Shown: piece after piece, positions 32,695 to 46,348 of the stretch
Numbering within the stretch: position 1 is the first letter of the stretch
Layout of the letters: the number at the start of each line of letters is the position of its first letter
Origin: Macrostomum lignano
Lineage: Eukaryota
Length of the DNA stretch: 64,000 bases
NCBI GenBank assembly: GCA_002269645.1
Contig: NIVC01000491.1
Coordinates: 372,001 to 436,000 of the forward strand
Reading direction: 5' to 3'
Notes under the pieces: generated by a model
Databases searched by the model: none
The model's input: the letters and a program-made list of their open reading frames with translations, nothing else
Told to the model about the DNA's origin: nothing
Made by a program: the position numbers and the translations under genes

Positions 32695-35600
32695 CGGAAA
32701 GCTCAAATCGGCGCTGGAAAGCTCAAATCGGCGCTGGAAAGCTCAAATCGGCGCTGGAAAGCTCAAATCGGCGCTGGAAAGCTCAAATCGGCGCGGGAAA
32801 GCTCAAATTGGCGCCGGAAGTCAAATTTGGCGCCAGGATCACCAAATCTACGCCAGGGATCGCCGAATCAGCGCCGGAATGCTGAAATCCGCTCGAGAAA
32901 ACCTAAACCAGCGCTAGAGAGCTGAAACCAGCGCTAGAAAGCTCAAATCGGCGCGGGATAGCTCAAATTGGCGCCGGAAGTCAAATTTGGCGCCAGGATC
33001 ACCGAATCAGCGCCGGAATGCTAAAATCAGCGCCAAAAAGCCCGGACCAGCGCTAGAAAGGTCAAATCGGCGCAGGATAGCTCAAATTGGCGCTGGAAGT
33101 CAAATTTGGCGCCAGGATCACCAAATCGGCGCCAGGATCGCTGAATAAGAGCCGGAATGCTGAAAACAGCGCCAAAAAGCCCGGATCCAGCGTTGGAAAG
33201 CTCAAATCGGCGCAAGATAGCTAAAATTGGCGCGTGAAAGCTCAAATTGGCGCCGAAAGTCAAATTTGGCGCCAGGATCGCCGAATCGGCGCCAGGATCA
33301 TCAAATCAGCGCCAGGATCGCTGAATCAGCGCCGGAATGCTGAAATCAGCTCAAGAAAACCTAAACCAGCGCTAGAAAGCTCAAATCGGCGCAAGATAGC
33401 TCAAATAGGCGCGGGAAAGCTCAAATTGGCGCCGGAAGTCAAATTTGGAGCCAGGATCACCAAATCTACGCCAGGGATCGCCGAATCAGCGCCGGAATGC
33501 TGAAATCCGCTCGAGAAAACCTAAACCAGCGCTAGAGAGCTGAAACCAGCGCTAGAAAGCTCAAATCGGCGCGGGATAGCTCAAATTGGCGCAGGATAGC
33601 TCAAATTGGCGCAGGATAGCTCAAATTGGCGCAGGATAGCTCAAATTGGCGCAGGATAGCTCAAATTGGCGCCGGTCGGCGCCAGGATCACCGAATCAGC
33701 GTCGGAATTCTAAAATCAGCGCCAAAAAGCCCGGACCAGCGCTAGAAAGCTCAAATCGGCGCAAGATAGCTCAAATTGGCGCGGGAAAGCTCAATTTGGC
33801 GCCGAAAGTCAAATTTGGCGCCAGGATCACTAAATCGGCGCGAGGATCGCCAAATCAGCGTTGGAATGCTGAAATCAGCGCCATAAAGCTTGGACCAGCG
33901 CTGGAAAGCTTAACTTGGTGCGGTAAAGCTCAAATTGGCGCCAAAAGTCAAATTTGGCGCCAGGATCGCCGAATCGGCGCCAGGATCATCAAATCGGCGC
34001 CAGGATCGCTGAATCAGCGCTGAAATGCTGAAATCAGCTCAAGAAAACCTAAACCAGCGCTAGAAAGCTCAAATCGGCGCAAGATAGCTCAAATAGGCGC
34101 GGGAAAGCTCAAATTGGCGCCGGAAGTCAAATTTGGAGCCAGGATCACCAAATCTACGCCAGGGATCGCCGAATCAGCGCCGGAATGCTGAAATCCGCTC
34201 GAGAAAACCTAAACCAGCGCTAGAGAGCTGAAACCAGCGCTAGAAAGCTCAAATCGGCGCGGGATAGCTCAAATTGGCGCAGGATAGCTCAAATTGGCGC
34301 AGGATAGCTCAAATTGGCGCAGGATAGCTCAAATTGGCGCAGGATAGCTCAAATTGGCGCCGGTCGGCGCCAGGATCACCGAATCAGCGTCGGAATTCTA
34401 AAATCAGCGCCAAAAAGCCCGGACCAGCGCTAGAAAGCTCAAATCGGCGCAAGATAGCTCAAATTGGCGCGGGAAAGCTCAATTTGGCGCCGAAAGTCAA
34501 ATTTGGCGCCAGGATCACTAAATCGGCGCGAGGATCGCCAAATCAGCGTTGGAATGCTGAAATCAGCGCCATAAAGCTTGGACCAGCGCTGGAAAGCTTA
34601 ACTTGGTGCGGTAAAGCTCAAATTGGCGCCAAAAGTCAAATTTGGCGCCAGGATCGCCGAATCGGCGCCAGGATCATCAAATCGGCGCCAGGATCGCTGA
34701 ATCAGCGCTGAAATGCTGAAATCAGCTCAAGAAAACCTAAACCAGCGCTAGAAAGCTCAAATCGGCGCAGGATAGCTCAAATCGGCGCGGGAAAGCTCAA
34801 ATTGGCGCCGGAAGTCAAATTTGGCGCTAGGATCACCAAATCGGCGCCAGGATCGCTGAATCAGCGCCGGAATGCTGAAATCAGCTCAAGAAAACCTAAA
34901 CCAGCGCTAGAAAGCTCAAATCGGCGCAGGATAGCGCAAATCGACGCGGGAAAGCTCAAATTGGCGCTGGAAGTCAAATTTGGCGCCAGGATCACCAAAT
35001 CGGCGCCAGGATCGCCGAATTAGCGCCGGAATGCTGAAATCAGCTTGAGAAGACCTTAACTAGCGCTGGAAAGCTCAAATTGGCGCTAAAAAGCCCGGAC
35101 CAGCGCTGGAAAGCTCAAATCGGCGCGGGAAAGCTCAAATTGGCGCCGGAAGTCAAATTTGGCGCCAGGATCACCGAATCAGCGCCGGAATGCTAAAATC
35201 AGCGCCAAAAAGCCCGGACCAGCGCTAGAAAGGTCAAATCGGCGCAGGATAGCTCAAATTGGCGCTGGAAGTCAAATTTGGCGCCAGGATCACCAAATCG
35301 GCGCCAGGATCGCTGAATAAGAGCCGGAATGCTGAAAACAGCGCCAAAAAGCCCGGATCCAGCGTTGGAAAGCTCAAATCGGCGCAAGATAGCTAAAATT
35401 GGCGCGTGAAAGCTCAAATTGGCGCCGAAAGTCAAATTTGGCGCCAGGATCGCCGAATCGGCGCCAGGATCATCAAATCGGCCCCAGGATCGCTGAATCA
35501 GCGCCGGAATGCTGAAATCAGCTCAAGAAAACCTAAACCAGCGCTAGAAAGCTCAAATCGGCGCAGGATAGCTCAAATAGGCGCGGGAAAGCTCAAATTG

Positions 35601-36700
35601 GCGCCGAAAGTCAAATTGGGCGCCAGGATCACCAAATCGGCGCCGGAATGCTAAAATCAGCGCCAAAAAGCCCGGACCAGCGCTAGAAAGCTCAAATCGG
35701 CGCAGGATAGCTCAAATTGGCGCGGGAAGTCAAATTTGGCGCCAGGATCACCAAATCGGCGCCAGGATCGCTGAATAAGAGCCGGAATGCTGAAAACAGC
35801 GCCAAAAATCCCGGACCAGCGTTGGAAAGCTCAAATCGGCGCGGGAAAGCTCAAATTGGCGCCGGAAGTCAAATTTGGCGCCAGGATCACCAAATCGGCG
35901 CCAGGATCGCTGAATAAGAGCCGGAATGCTGAAAACAGCGCCAAAAAGCCCGGACCAGCGTTGGAAAGCTCAAATCGGCGCAAGATAGCTAAAATTGGCG
36001 CGTGAAAGCTCAAATTGGCGCCGGAAGTCAAATTTGGCGTCAGGATCACCAAATCGGCGCCAGTATCGCCAAATCAGCGCTAAAAAGCCCGGACCAGCGC
36101 TGGAAAGCTCAAATAGGCGCGGGAAAGCTCAAATTGGCGCCGGAAGTCAAATTTGGCGCCAGGATCACCAAATCGGCGCCAGGATCGCTGAATCAGCGCC
36201 GGAATGCTGAAATCAGCTCAAGCAAACCTAAAACAGCGCTAGAAAGCTCAAATCAGCGCTAGAAAGCTCAAATCGGCGCAGGATAGCTCAAATCGGCGCG
36301 GGAAAGCTCAATTTGGCGCCGAAAGTCAAATTTGGCGCCAGGATCACTAAATCGGCGCGAGGATCGCCAAATCAGCGTTGGAATGCTGAAATCAGCGCCA
36401 TAAAGCCCGGACCAGCGCTGGAAAGCTTAACTTGGCGCGGTAAAGCTCAAATTGGCGCCGAAAGTCAAATTTGGCGCCAGGATCGCCGAATCGGCGCCAG
36501 GATCATCAAATCGGCGCCAGGATCGCTGAATCAGCGCCGAAATGCTGAAATCAGCTCAAGAAAACCTAAACCAGCGCTAGAAAGCTCAAATCGGCGCAGG
36601 ATAGCGCAAATCGGCGCGGGAAAGCTCAAATTGGCGCCGGAAGTCAAATTTGGCGCCAGGATCACCAAATCGGCGCCAGGATCCCCAAATTAGCGCTGGA
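32695..36700. repeat. 4-kb complex satellite built from AAAT(C/T)GGCGC subunits with higher-order duplications
   Basis: Subunits GAAAGCTCAAATCGGCGC, GTCAAATTTGGCGCCAGGATC and CCAGCGCTAG. A 688-bp block is duplicated (33341 versus 34029; identical ORFs 33646/34334), and ORFs 33027/35199 are identical at offset 2172. Confidence 0.97.
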
Positions 36701-36961
36701 ATGTGCCAACGAGCGTAGAAGTGGCAGCATATATCAGCTTGCTACTTCTGGGCGCCAAGTTTAATATACCGGCGCCAATTTCAGCCTTTGGGCGCCAATT
36801 TTAGCGCCCTGGCAAGGTCAATGCATTTAGTTCTCACTCAATGGAGCCGAAAAAAAAGTTTTTTTTCTATTTTGAATTAGTGCCATGTATCTTGACAACC
36901 AATGCGAGTCAAGTTCTGGCGTCTGCTTCTCCACAGCCCCGCAATGACATATCCTAACCAT

Positions 36962-37059
36962 TGTGGGCTGGCCCGCGCTAAGGGAGCCCACCCCACCGTG
37001 GGGCGGACCCCGCTAACGGGCTATTTTTAGCGTGGGATGGGCTCCGCTAACGGGCGGCC
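36962..37059 (-). repeat. ~100-bp GC-rich inverted repeat, right copy (mate at 25581-25679)
   Basis: Reverse complement aligns to 25581-25679. Confidence 0.9.
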
Positions 37060-39504
37060 ATAAACTGGCTCTCTCGTTCCTCCTGCGTCCGAGCCTCTCC
37101 CCATGCGTCATTCTATTTTTAGACTGAGGGTTTCGCGGACCCCGTGTCCCGAGCTGAACCCTCCCTCACGTGCAGCCTTGTGCGCACAAGCCCAAATTTG
37201 GCATGCTATTTTCACTAGTGGCTTGAGGCGACTGTCGGCGCTTTGACCAAGCTACTCTCTCCCCCCATGTTTAATCAATATCTGTTGTGCATCATTATCC
37301 GCACTTTTCGGGCTGCAGTTCCATGGGCAAGCCACGGAATGCCCAAACGCTCCACCCTCCGCGTTCTATATTAACGAATGCAGGCCCGTTTGTCTGATTT
37401 TCTCCTCAGAACCGTTTTGACCGCTGGTCAATCTCGTTGAGAATCTTCTCCGAGAAAGCGCTCTAGCGCCGGTTAACAGCGAAGCAAAAGCTCCTGAGCA
37501 GGTCTTGGTAGAGCATTGCGGCGCTCAAGCAGAAAGCACGCTCCTGAGCAGGTCTTGGTAGAGCATTGCTAGTGCTATAGCTCTGGTTTTCCAGCCTACC
37601 CTATTGGCAGGAAATCAGTTGGCTAAAGCCATTCTGGTATTGTCCATTCGCGACACAGGCGCGAATAAGAGTGAGAGTGAGTGTGCAGTCGCAGCACTCG
37701 TGCGCGATTCTAAGAGTAGCTGATAGCTTAGTTAGTGTGAGTCTATTGCTGCTTCAGGCGCATAGACCTATTCCTCGCCGCCCATCTGCGCGAGACGTAG
37801 CTATTAGGATAGTAGGAGTTAGGGGTCCTCTGAGAGCTAAACTCAGACACGCTCAAGCGCGGACATTGTCAGTGCCAGGACTGCGCCGCTCAGGCCATTT
37901 GCTACCATTGAGTCCTGTCACTTGGACATTGAAATATCTGAGACTAGTTGTTCCAGCGTTATTTATTTGCGTGGAACCCAATCAGACCCCTTCATTGCGG
38001 ATCCTACGGTTCCCACGCTGGTGGCAGCATTACCCTTAATCTTAGATTTCTCTCCAGTCTCAGCCCCCACAAAGGTGTTCGCTAAGGTTGTCCGGGACGA
38101 CAGCAGTCCACCTAGCTCGAGCAAGCAAAAGCTTAAGTATAACACTGGTGGCAACGGTGGGATTCCAGGGCCTACCGAACCACCTCTCCTCTCCCAAGGC
38201 AACTAAGCAAAACCGAAACACCTCACTGGTGGCAGCGGTGGGATTTCAAAACCTGCCGAACCACCCCAGCAAGAGCAGAAACACCTCAATTGGAATGAAA
38301 ACTCTGCAATTGTTTCTATGATATGACTGGCTGCTGCCGCCGCCGCCGCCGTCCGTGTTTTATCTTTTAGGGAAAAGTGCCTAACATAATTTCGAAATAG
38401 TGCTACCTGTGTCAATCATATTTATATATATTTATTATTAATGTTTCCGCTTCGCTAGTTCAAGTATATAAAATGATTTCATTATCTACTAGCTAACCAA
38501 TCGTTGTTTTATCTGTTGTTGTTTTCTGCATCCCTATTTTTACAATTTACTATTCTTTAGGATTAATGTCAGAAGCTAAACAGGCCAGTATATTTATCTT
38601 ACCCTCTCTATACACCTTTATATATACACTGCCCGCTTATACACACTGTTTATTGTTTTTAATGAATAGCCAGCACAGTTGCCTAACTCCGCAAATACAC
38701 TGTGTCTGTCCGATTATACACGGCTTTAACAATTGTGTTTGGACAAATGCCAAATGCAGAACATTTTTAATTAAAAGCGAGACATGTCGAAATCAACTAG
38801 ATTTCTACAGCCGTTACTTAACTACAAAGCTCTGCCAACGGATGAGATTAGTGGCGTCACTGATAATGAGTTGGACGTCATTAAGAGACTGTCTTCGAAC
38901 GGCGATGAATGTCGCGAGCTTATCGACGACTTCATGAACTTCCTGGCGAACTAGACCGAACAACTTGACGATTTACAGGTGTTGTAAAAATAACAATTAT
39001 GCTCTGAGACTCTGAGATTCTGTCGTTCAAACAACTAAGAAAGAGCAAGGTGCTCGGGCCAGTGGCCTCCTGACTGATATATATTTGCTGTCTAGCTTAA
39101 TATTTGAAATTTAGAGTTCTAAAATCTAACTAGAAATTTAGAGTTTTTACTTTTGTACTTTTATTTGCGACTCAATTTGCCATTATTTTTCTATAGACTA
39201 ATTTCCTTTTACAGTTCGTTCTCGCAATTCCTATGTGCCCCAACTCTTTTCATCTTCATTAATTCAAAGGCTAAATACGAGCTAAAGCACAATTCAAATT
39301 TCACTTACTGAACTCTAGAAACTTGTAGCTTTGCTACAAGATTTCATTCAAGTTATTTAATTTACGATTTTGGTTTGACCCCCTTTGCAATCACGCAACC
39401 TTGAATTACAATTGACTCATTCAGGTGAACTGATTCGGGATTTCTGTGCTGAATTCGTCATCCACATCTCCAATTCCTCATTGATTAATTTTTTTAACTG
39501 CGGG

Positions 39505-42500
39505 CACACAAGTGTGTGGTTAATCTAATACATGTAAAATTAAAAAATGAACTCTGTCTGTCTGTGTACAAATTTGTTCGCTACGGGCTCTATACTATAG
39601 TGTGCTTTTTCTAGTATTGAGCCGCTCTCACTCATTCATTTCCCCAAATCAAGAGGATAAGGCCAATGTACATAGCATGTACAGTGCTTTGGAATAACTT
39701 CGACTTTATTGGCGCCCCAGTAAAGAGGCTTGGTTAAAATGTCTCAACCAAACTTTTCTAGCTACCCGACAAGACTGTACTAACATATGGGCCTACCCAT
39801 CCCCCCAGAACAAGGGGGCACGCCCGTGTACTTAGCAATGTAAGGTGTAAGAATAACTTCACTTCAAATGGAGATTGGACGTCACCTGATGGACAAGCAA
39901 CGTATTGGTCTCCTGTCAAAGTTTTACTTAGAGAAAGAAGTGTAGCTGAAATGAGTATCGAAATTCAGGTCTCCCGGCGTGCCATCTTACTCTGTCAAGA
40001 ACAAAAAGTAGCAAGGAGAAATATCTGCCCCGAAAATGGGGACTTGAACATACCGTGTTCATCGACGCGCTGCTTGACGTCACTAATGACCAAGTTTCAG
40101 CTCAAGACTTGTGCAATAGGGTGAGATTTAAGTTTGGTTTGCGTCTTTCTATCTGCACAATGAAGAGAATTCGGCGACTGTTGGGTTAGGTTCGAACAAC
40201 AACGCAGTATTGCCAGATGATCAAGTTGAAAAATCAAGCCATTCGGCTATTATGGAGCGCACTGAAGCTGCAAGAGAACGACAATTTTGAGGATGCCATC
40301 TTCACCGACGAATGCAGCGTGGCTTTATCCCGCAAGACACATCAGACAGTTTTCGTCGGGTCAACTCCTCGCGACCAAAGTTCGCAACTCCGAAGCATTC
40401 ACTAAAAGTAAGCATCCCCTCTGATTCGTGAACATATAAACTGCCTATATGCTGCCTATTTCAGATGGCCACGTAGGTGAAGAGAAAGAGAACAGGAGAG
40501 ATGTTGCTACTAAATGCCATCAAGGATACTAGTTCCAGCTCTCATGACGAAGAGGAGGGCATTTGTATGAAAACATCATCCTTGCCCAGTGGAGCAGGTT
40601 GTTCTTAATGAACATTGGGTAGTCGACCTGAGGAAGGAGTTAATCATCAGGAGGATAATAATAACAATTTGCCATCTGAATCCGTCTCCGATTCAGAGAC
40701 TGATGACTATGACGACCATGAATCTGATGTAGATCTGAGTGAGGCCTTGAAACACTGGGTAATATACGATAACATCCCACAAGCCTCTGCGACGTCTCCT
40801 GGCTGTTCTGCGCAAGAAAGATATCCCTTCCTATTTACTTAAGAACACTACTTGACTCTACCCAGGTTGTATCAGGAATCAAACACATTGATCCAGGTAG
40901 CTACTATCATTTTGGGCTCCTGAATGGGATAAAAAGGCTACTTGATGATGTCGGCTTTCAGAATAATGTAATCTACTAATGTATCCCACTAGTCACAGGC
41001 AACATCAACGAAATGTAAAAAACCGATAAAAAATAACTAAAAAAAGAAAATAATAATTCCTAAGAACAACCTAATATTGCAAGTAAGGTACCCATTGAGT
41101 TTGAGACATCTGCAAATGAATCAAAATCATTAAGCCCATTGTCAGACAAATCAAGCTCTGAAAATGAGAATCAATGTTCAGGTATTTCTACTAGTAGTTT
41201 ATTGATTGATGCTTTGCCAGAAATGAGGTCTACAACTAGTGAAGTTAATGCAAATGATGATGATGATAATATCAAAGAATTTCTTCGACAATGGGTGATA
41301 GAATTCAACATCCCAGTTTATAGCCTTGATAAACTGCTTCCATGTCTAAAAAAGCAATTTCCTAATTTACCTATGCGTGGTACACTCTCATGAAAACCAA
41401 CGTTTCATTGCCAATGGTATCTATCAACTGTTTCAAATGGTCAAATTGCATACTTTGGTCTAAAAAATATTATTTAGAGAAATTGCCTTTCTACAAATCA
41501 GGCTCATTTAGTAATTTTAGTTGATGGCCTTTCATTTGCTAAATCATCTACATCTTCATGCTGAGCAATCCTTGGACAACTTGGATCTAGTGAAACACCT
41601 TTTGTTATTGCTATTTACCAAGGAAATGTGAAACCAACAGCATCAGAGTTTATGTCTCCTGTTGAAAATGAAATTAATGAACTCATAAAGGAGCAAACCT
41701 AAATTTGAAGTATATTCTAGCTGAGACACCTACTCGATAATTATTTAAATGTACTAAAGTACATACTGCATACTATTCTTGTGACTGTTGTTTGATCCGA
41801 GACCAAAGAGTAGAAGGCCGAATTTTCTTTGATGAGTTTTCCATGCAGCCTTGTAGAAGTGATCAATCTTTCCGAGAAAAGGCTGATGCTCACCATCATG
41901 CTGGAAAATCTCCACTGTCACCTCTTGCTAGATTCAACATGATCATACAGCTACCTTATGACTTTATGCATCTACTTTGCCTTGGCATAATGAAGCGCAT
42001 GATTGCTTTCTGGAATTGTGGCCTTCTTGGTGTATCTAGACTTACTGTAAGAGGACGTGCATCAATTTCAGAAAAATTGGAGTTAATACGGCCTTTGATA
42101 CCATTTGAATTCAATAAAAAAACAAGGCCAGTCTCCCAGTACAAACTGTGGAAGGCAACTGAATTCCGGACTTTCCTATTGTATACAGGGATATGTGAAT
42201 AAAGGATCACTCATTACATTCACGCATTTCCCGTAACTTTTGTCTGCTTTTTATTATTGCACGAGTCGTGTTCCAATACGCTCGTAATGTCCAGGGTCAA
42301 AAAAGGAAGTACCCGTTCGTTTCATTCGAGTGTTTTTACGGAATTGCAAGCGTACTTATTCTCGAATCTTTCTGGCTTACAACCTGCATGTATTGCTTCA
42401 CCTTCCAGATGACTGTGAATTATATGGTGCTCTGGATTCATTTAGTGCTTTTCTATTTGAAAATACATTGGGTTTCTTAAGGCGCCGTGTTAGGAGTGGT

Positions 42501-42830
42501 AACCAAACATTTATGCAACTTGTCAACCGAATCAAAGAAGAGTCACAAATTACTAAAGTAAATCTGCAAGGCACCAAGCAGAAGGGTATTGAGTTTTTCA
42601 AAGAAATTCGTGACAGCCTTCCTGATAACATTGCATGTCAAATAACTTCAAGCCATGTTTCTTTGCCAAAGCAGTCTTCAGAAAAAAGCAGCTATCCACC
42701 AAACATCAAAGGGATGCCTATGAAATTTGCAATGGAATGATTGTGAAAATTTCAAAGATTTTTACTCCAGCTGACCATTCGACTCTTTAAGTTGTCGCTC
42801 AATGCTTCAAAAGACGGGAAAATTATTTTG
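39505..42830 (+). repeat. 3.3-kb dispersed duplication, copy 2
   Basis: Near-identical to 12482-15806. This copy continues into further EnSpm-like sequence. Confidence 0.97.
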
Positions 42831-42950
42831 AATTCCCATGTGACAGCAAGTCTCTTGGAAATCGCATTGCATCCAAGCTTTCAGAAACTCATGTTTGGGG
42901 TGCCTAAGTCAACCACAAAGCTGTTTGCTAAGCCTCTTGGTTAGGATTAC
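40613..42950 (+). pseudogene. Degenerate EnSpm/CACTA(CMC)-like transposase, copy 2
   Basis: Same motifs and same lesions as copy 1. Confidence 0.75.
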
Positions 42951-43185
42951 GAAGATGGCGCTGTTCTTGTTGTTCCAATGATTTAGCGGCCAAATATACT
43001 ATGGTTACTATTTTCAACTTCACTATATACTAAAAACTTTTTTGTTAGAAAATAGAGAAAGTTTGTTAAATGTTCATTTAATTTTAACTGTAAAATTTAC
43101 ATTTACTTATGCATACAAATTAAATTTTCCAATTTATATTAGCTCGTACTCAAAATATTACTCCACTGATTCTCTACCTTTTCAA

Positions 43186-43560
43186 ATGGCTTCCAGTGAC
43201 AAGAACTTCATAATTGTTGAATTCCAGGAGGACAACTCAAGAGATTATGTGCCTGCTATTTGGTTCCTGGGAGAAAGTCATGTTGCTTATCCCACCGCCA
43301 GATCCACAAGTCGAGTTTCCGTGTTACGTTTGAGACTGGAAAAGCCCCCAGCTACGCTTGAACCTTCATGGAAATCGTTATTAGTCAAGGTTTTAGGCAA
43401 AGCTTTGACTGAGAAGCAGGCACGTTCCAAGCTAAAAAAAACTAGATCAAGCCGCTGCTGCAGGAGAGCAAACACCTGCCTTGGATACGACGGATGCGGA
43501 CGACGGACTTGTTGAGCTACAGCAGCCACCGTCGAAGCGCGCTCGTAAATATATATCTAG
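43186..43560 (+). pseudogene. Probable accessory (second) ORF of the EnSpm-like element
   Basis: MASSDKNFIIVEFQEDNSRDYVPAIW...VAYP...W..LLVKVLG...QARSKLKK resembles the VEF..VP..W..WP N-terminus of accessory ORFs that follow such transposases (recalled pattern). Confidence 0.5.
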
Positions 43561-43671
43561 CGAAGAATCATTCTCTTGATCCTGCCTCCAGTGAATCGGA
43601 ATCAGACATACTGCAACCGGAGGTGAGTCATCTTCAATCACTATTTACACCACTCTGCAACGGCAGCAGTG

Positions 43672-43940
43672 TTGGACAGTCTGGACGCGCCGGCAGCTCG
43701 ATTCAGGCCGCCGCTGATGAGAGAAGTTACTCAAGTCGCCCGGGCCATTCGGCATTTGGACAGTCTGGATGCGCCGGCAGCTCGATCCAGGCCGCTGCTG
43801 ATGCGGACTCTGCTGATGTAAGAAGCTAATCAAGTCGCCCGGGCCATTCGGCATTTGGACAGTCTGGACGCGCCGGCAGCTCGATCCAGGACGCCGGTGA
43901 TGCGGACCTGCTGATGAGAGAAGCCAATCAAGTCGCCCGG
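43672..43940 (+). repeat. ~83-99-bp GC-rich tandem repeat, about 3 copies
   Basis: TTGGACAGTCTGGA(C/T)GCGCCGGCAGCTCGAT restarts at ~43672, ~43755 and ~43855. Confidence 0.9.
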
Positions 43941-45439
43941 TGTAAGTGTAACGGAGCCATAATGCTAATAACTGGGGCAGAGTGTCTATTCAATGGGTTT
44001 AAATTCCATTCATTTTAATCTCATATTATACTTTAGTTCAGTAAGTACTGCTTATATCTTGAATTTCTAACTTGCTAAGTTATAACCGAATTTTCAGACC
44101 TTCACCAGTTCACCCGGCAGCTAGACGGCAGCAGAACACCGGAAGCTCAATGCGACACGCTGCCGATGCCGATGCATCAAATGCAGACGATATCCCTCGA
44201 CGGGAGGCTACATGTCAACTCCAAGCTTGACTTAACGGTCAGAGTCTGCTCGAATGGGTGTAACTTTATGGCGCAAAATGTAGAGTTTAGAAACACCGTT
44301 TTTTGCTAAATTTAGTATCAGTTTAAATGGTCGATTGGCTTGTAAAATGGGCTTAGTTTTCGCTGCTCTGTATTGGTCGATGGCAAGGTCATTTATATTC
44401 TGTCTGGGGGCATCCCCCGTTTATATTTGGCTCGCTAATACAGAAATAGTCGCGCGCAAACAAAGCCCATAAACTGAATTTAAAAAATCAGATCCAAGCA
44501 AAGACGTAGTTAGCAATTCAAAGCATCAATTAATAAATAGTCTATGGTTAGAAGTTGCATTCGTGTTGTTGAGTGAAGCATTTCCCGTTTTCCGTGTCGG
44601 TTATTTCGATTGTTTCTAAGTTTGAAGAGACTAAGATTTTCGATTGAGTTAGGATTGTCGTTGCTTTATCAATATAGTCGATTTGGAGTTATTCTGGATC
44701 CTTTATTTCTTTCGCATTTATTTTGGGATATGTCGCCATGCTGATTTACTTGATTCACAATGTATGATTATCAAGAGGTCACGCTTCACACACAACTGCC
44801 ATAGCGTCGAGGCCGGTAGGCCGGTAGAAATTGGTTTTTGGGAGGCCGGTAGGAATTGATTTTTGGACGAAACTAGACACAATTCCACTATCAAGAGGTC
44901 ACGCTTCACACACAACTGCCATAGCGTCGAGGCCTACCCGTCTCTCGACACACAACTCACACACAACCGGATTCGAGGAATAAAGGAGGCGCGGGCGGAG
45001 GCGGCAGTAGAGACAGGGACTGTGCTGCGCACAGTCACGGTCCGGCCACCCTCCGCCCGCTGCCGCCGCCTCTCAATGAATGTAAAATAGGAGTGTTAGT
45101 TCATGTATTAATGCTCCTTGACCTGCAAAAATTATACGGTTGCTAGGCAGTGTCGTAACACAGGACATGCGTTTTTCTGTAAAGTAATTGAAGTACAGGT
45201 GTCTTGCCTGTGGTTGTCTAGAGGCCTTCAATAGGAACGCTGCCCCGGTGAAGTACAGTTGCTTGAGCTCCTCTGGGAAGTCTCCGGGTTGATCTAGTAG
45301 CGTTGGTAGTGCTGCCACCAGCTTCGCAGAGTCGCAGCCTTCGGTGAGGTGCTGAGCTCGTAGAAGCAAATAACTAAGACGAGAGAAAGAGACTCGCACT
45401 TCGTGCAGATTTAGCAGTTCTCGCGCAGAGGTGCCCACC

Positions 45440-46348
45440 GTCAGCAGTCCCTGCCGGGCTGGTGCGGGGTGAGAGCGAAAGTGCTAGCTTCGGGCGATCT
45501 GAGCTGGCCTGCTAGCTGATAGCAGGAACAATCAGAGCCAGAGGCAGTCACGCGCAAAGTCGGGAGTCTTGGAGTTCAACTTAAGCGTCAACTTGGCACA
45601 CAACTTAGAGTTCGCTAGAAACGAAACGGAAGGAACGCTAGGAAAGCTTGGAAAGCTAGGAACGCGAGGAACGGTTGGAAAGCTAGGAACGCGAGGAACG
45701 GTAGGAACGCTGAAAACGCAGAAACGAGAGGCTGAAACGGAAGGGCCGGTTAACGGAAGGAAAGAAAGGCTTGTCTGAGCCAAGCCAGGAGAGGGGCTGC
45801 ATTTATAGGGAGGATCGATTGCACCATAGCACGAAAGGCCCCCGCTGAGAGTCATAAGTGACTCTGTTGCTATTTTTAGCAACAAACAAGCGGGCCCTGC
45901 CTCAGAGGAGGCAAGGGGGGGTCCGGGCGCACGTGATCTCCCCATAAACACGAGCCCAGCGTACAATGATGAAATCATTGCACTTTGGACTAAAGAAGGA
46001 AGAGGGCCTTGTCATGTGACTGACTCACATGACAAGGGGAAAAGGCCCACAAGTGAAGGCACTCGTGACCGTGGGACCGGAAAACAGGAAGGCACTCCAA
46101 ATTTGGAGATGCCTGACAGAGAACGAAACAGAGGCAGGCCAGACCAAGCTGTCTGGGCACTGCAAAAAGGGAAAGCGAGACAAAAGGGGCAAACGAGGAC
46201 AAACAGACAGACAGACAAACGGGCAGAGGACAGGCCAGGGACAGGCGGGAGGGACAGGCAACTGCCCAGCGGCAGACAGAAACCTGGGGAGAAGGCGAGG
46301 GCAACAGCTGACTAGTGCGGCGCCTAACTAAACTAGCGACTCACTACA
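45440..46348 (-). mobile_element. Possible LTR/promoter-like segment of a retroelement
   Basis: The minus strand begins TGTAGTGAG, followed by a CT-rich tract and CCTATAAAT at ~45800, the same layout as the LTR at 8828. No matching end or TSD was found. Confidence 0.28.

Noticed and set aside
33027-36693. Multiple 70-126-aa ORFs in the GGCGCC satellite
   Set aside because: They are by-products of stop-poor repeat units, with repeated peptides and no domain.
37490-37570. Twice-repeated GCTCCTGAGCAGGTCTTGGTAGAGCATTGC with a tRNA A-box-like TGGTAGAGC
   Set aside because: No B-box or cloverleaf.
45073-45438. 121-aa minus-strand ORF downstream of the LTR-like promoter
   Set aside because: No recognisable domain or start context, so it was not called as a gene.
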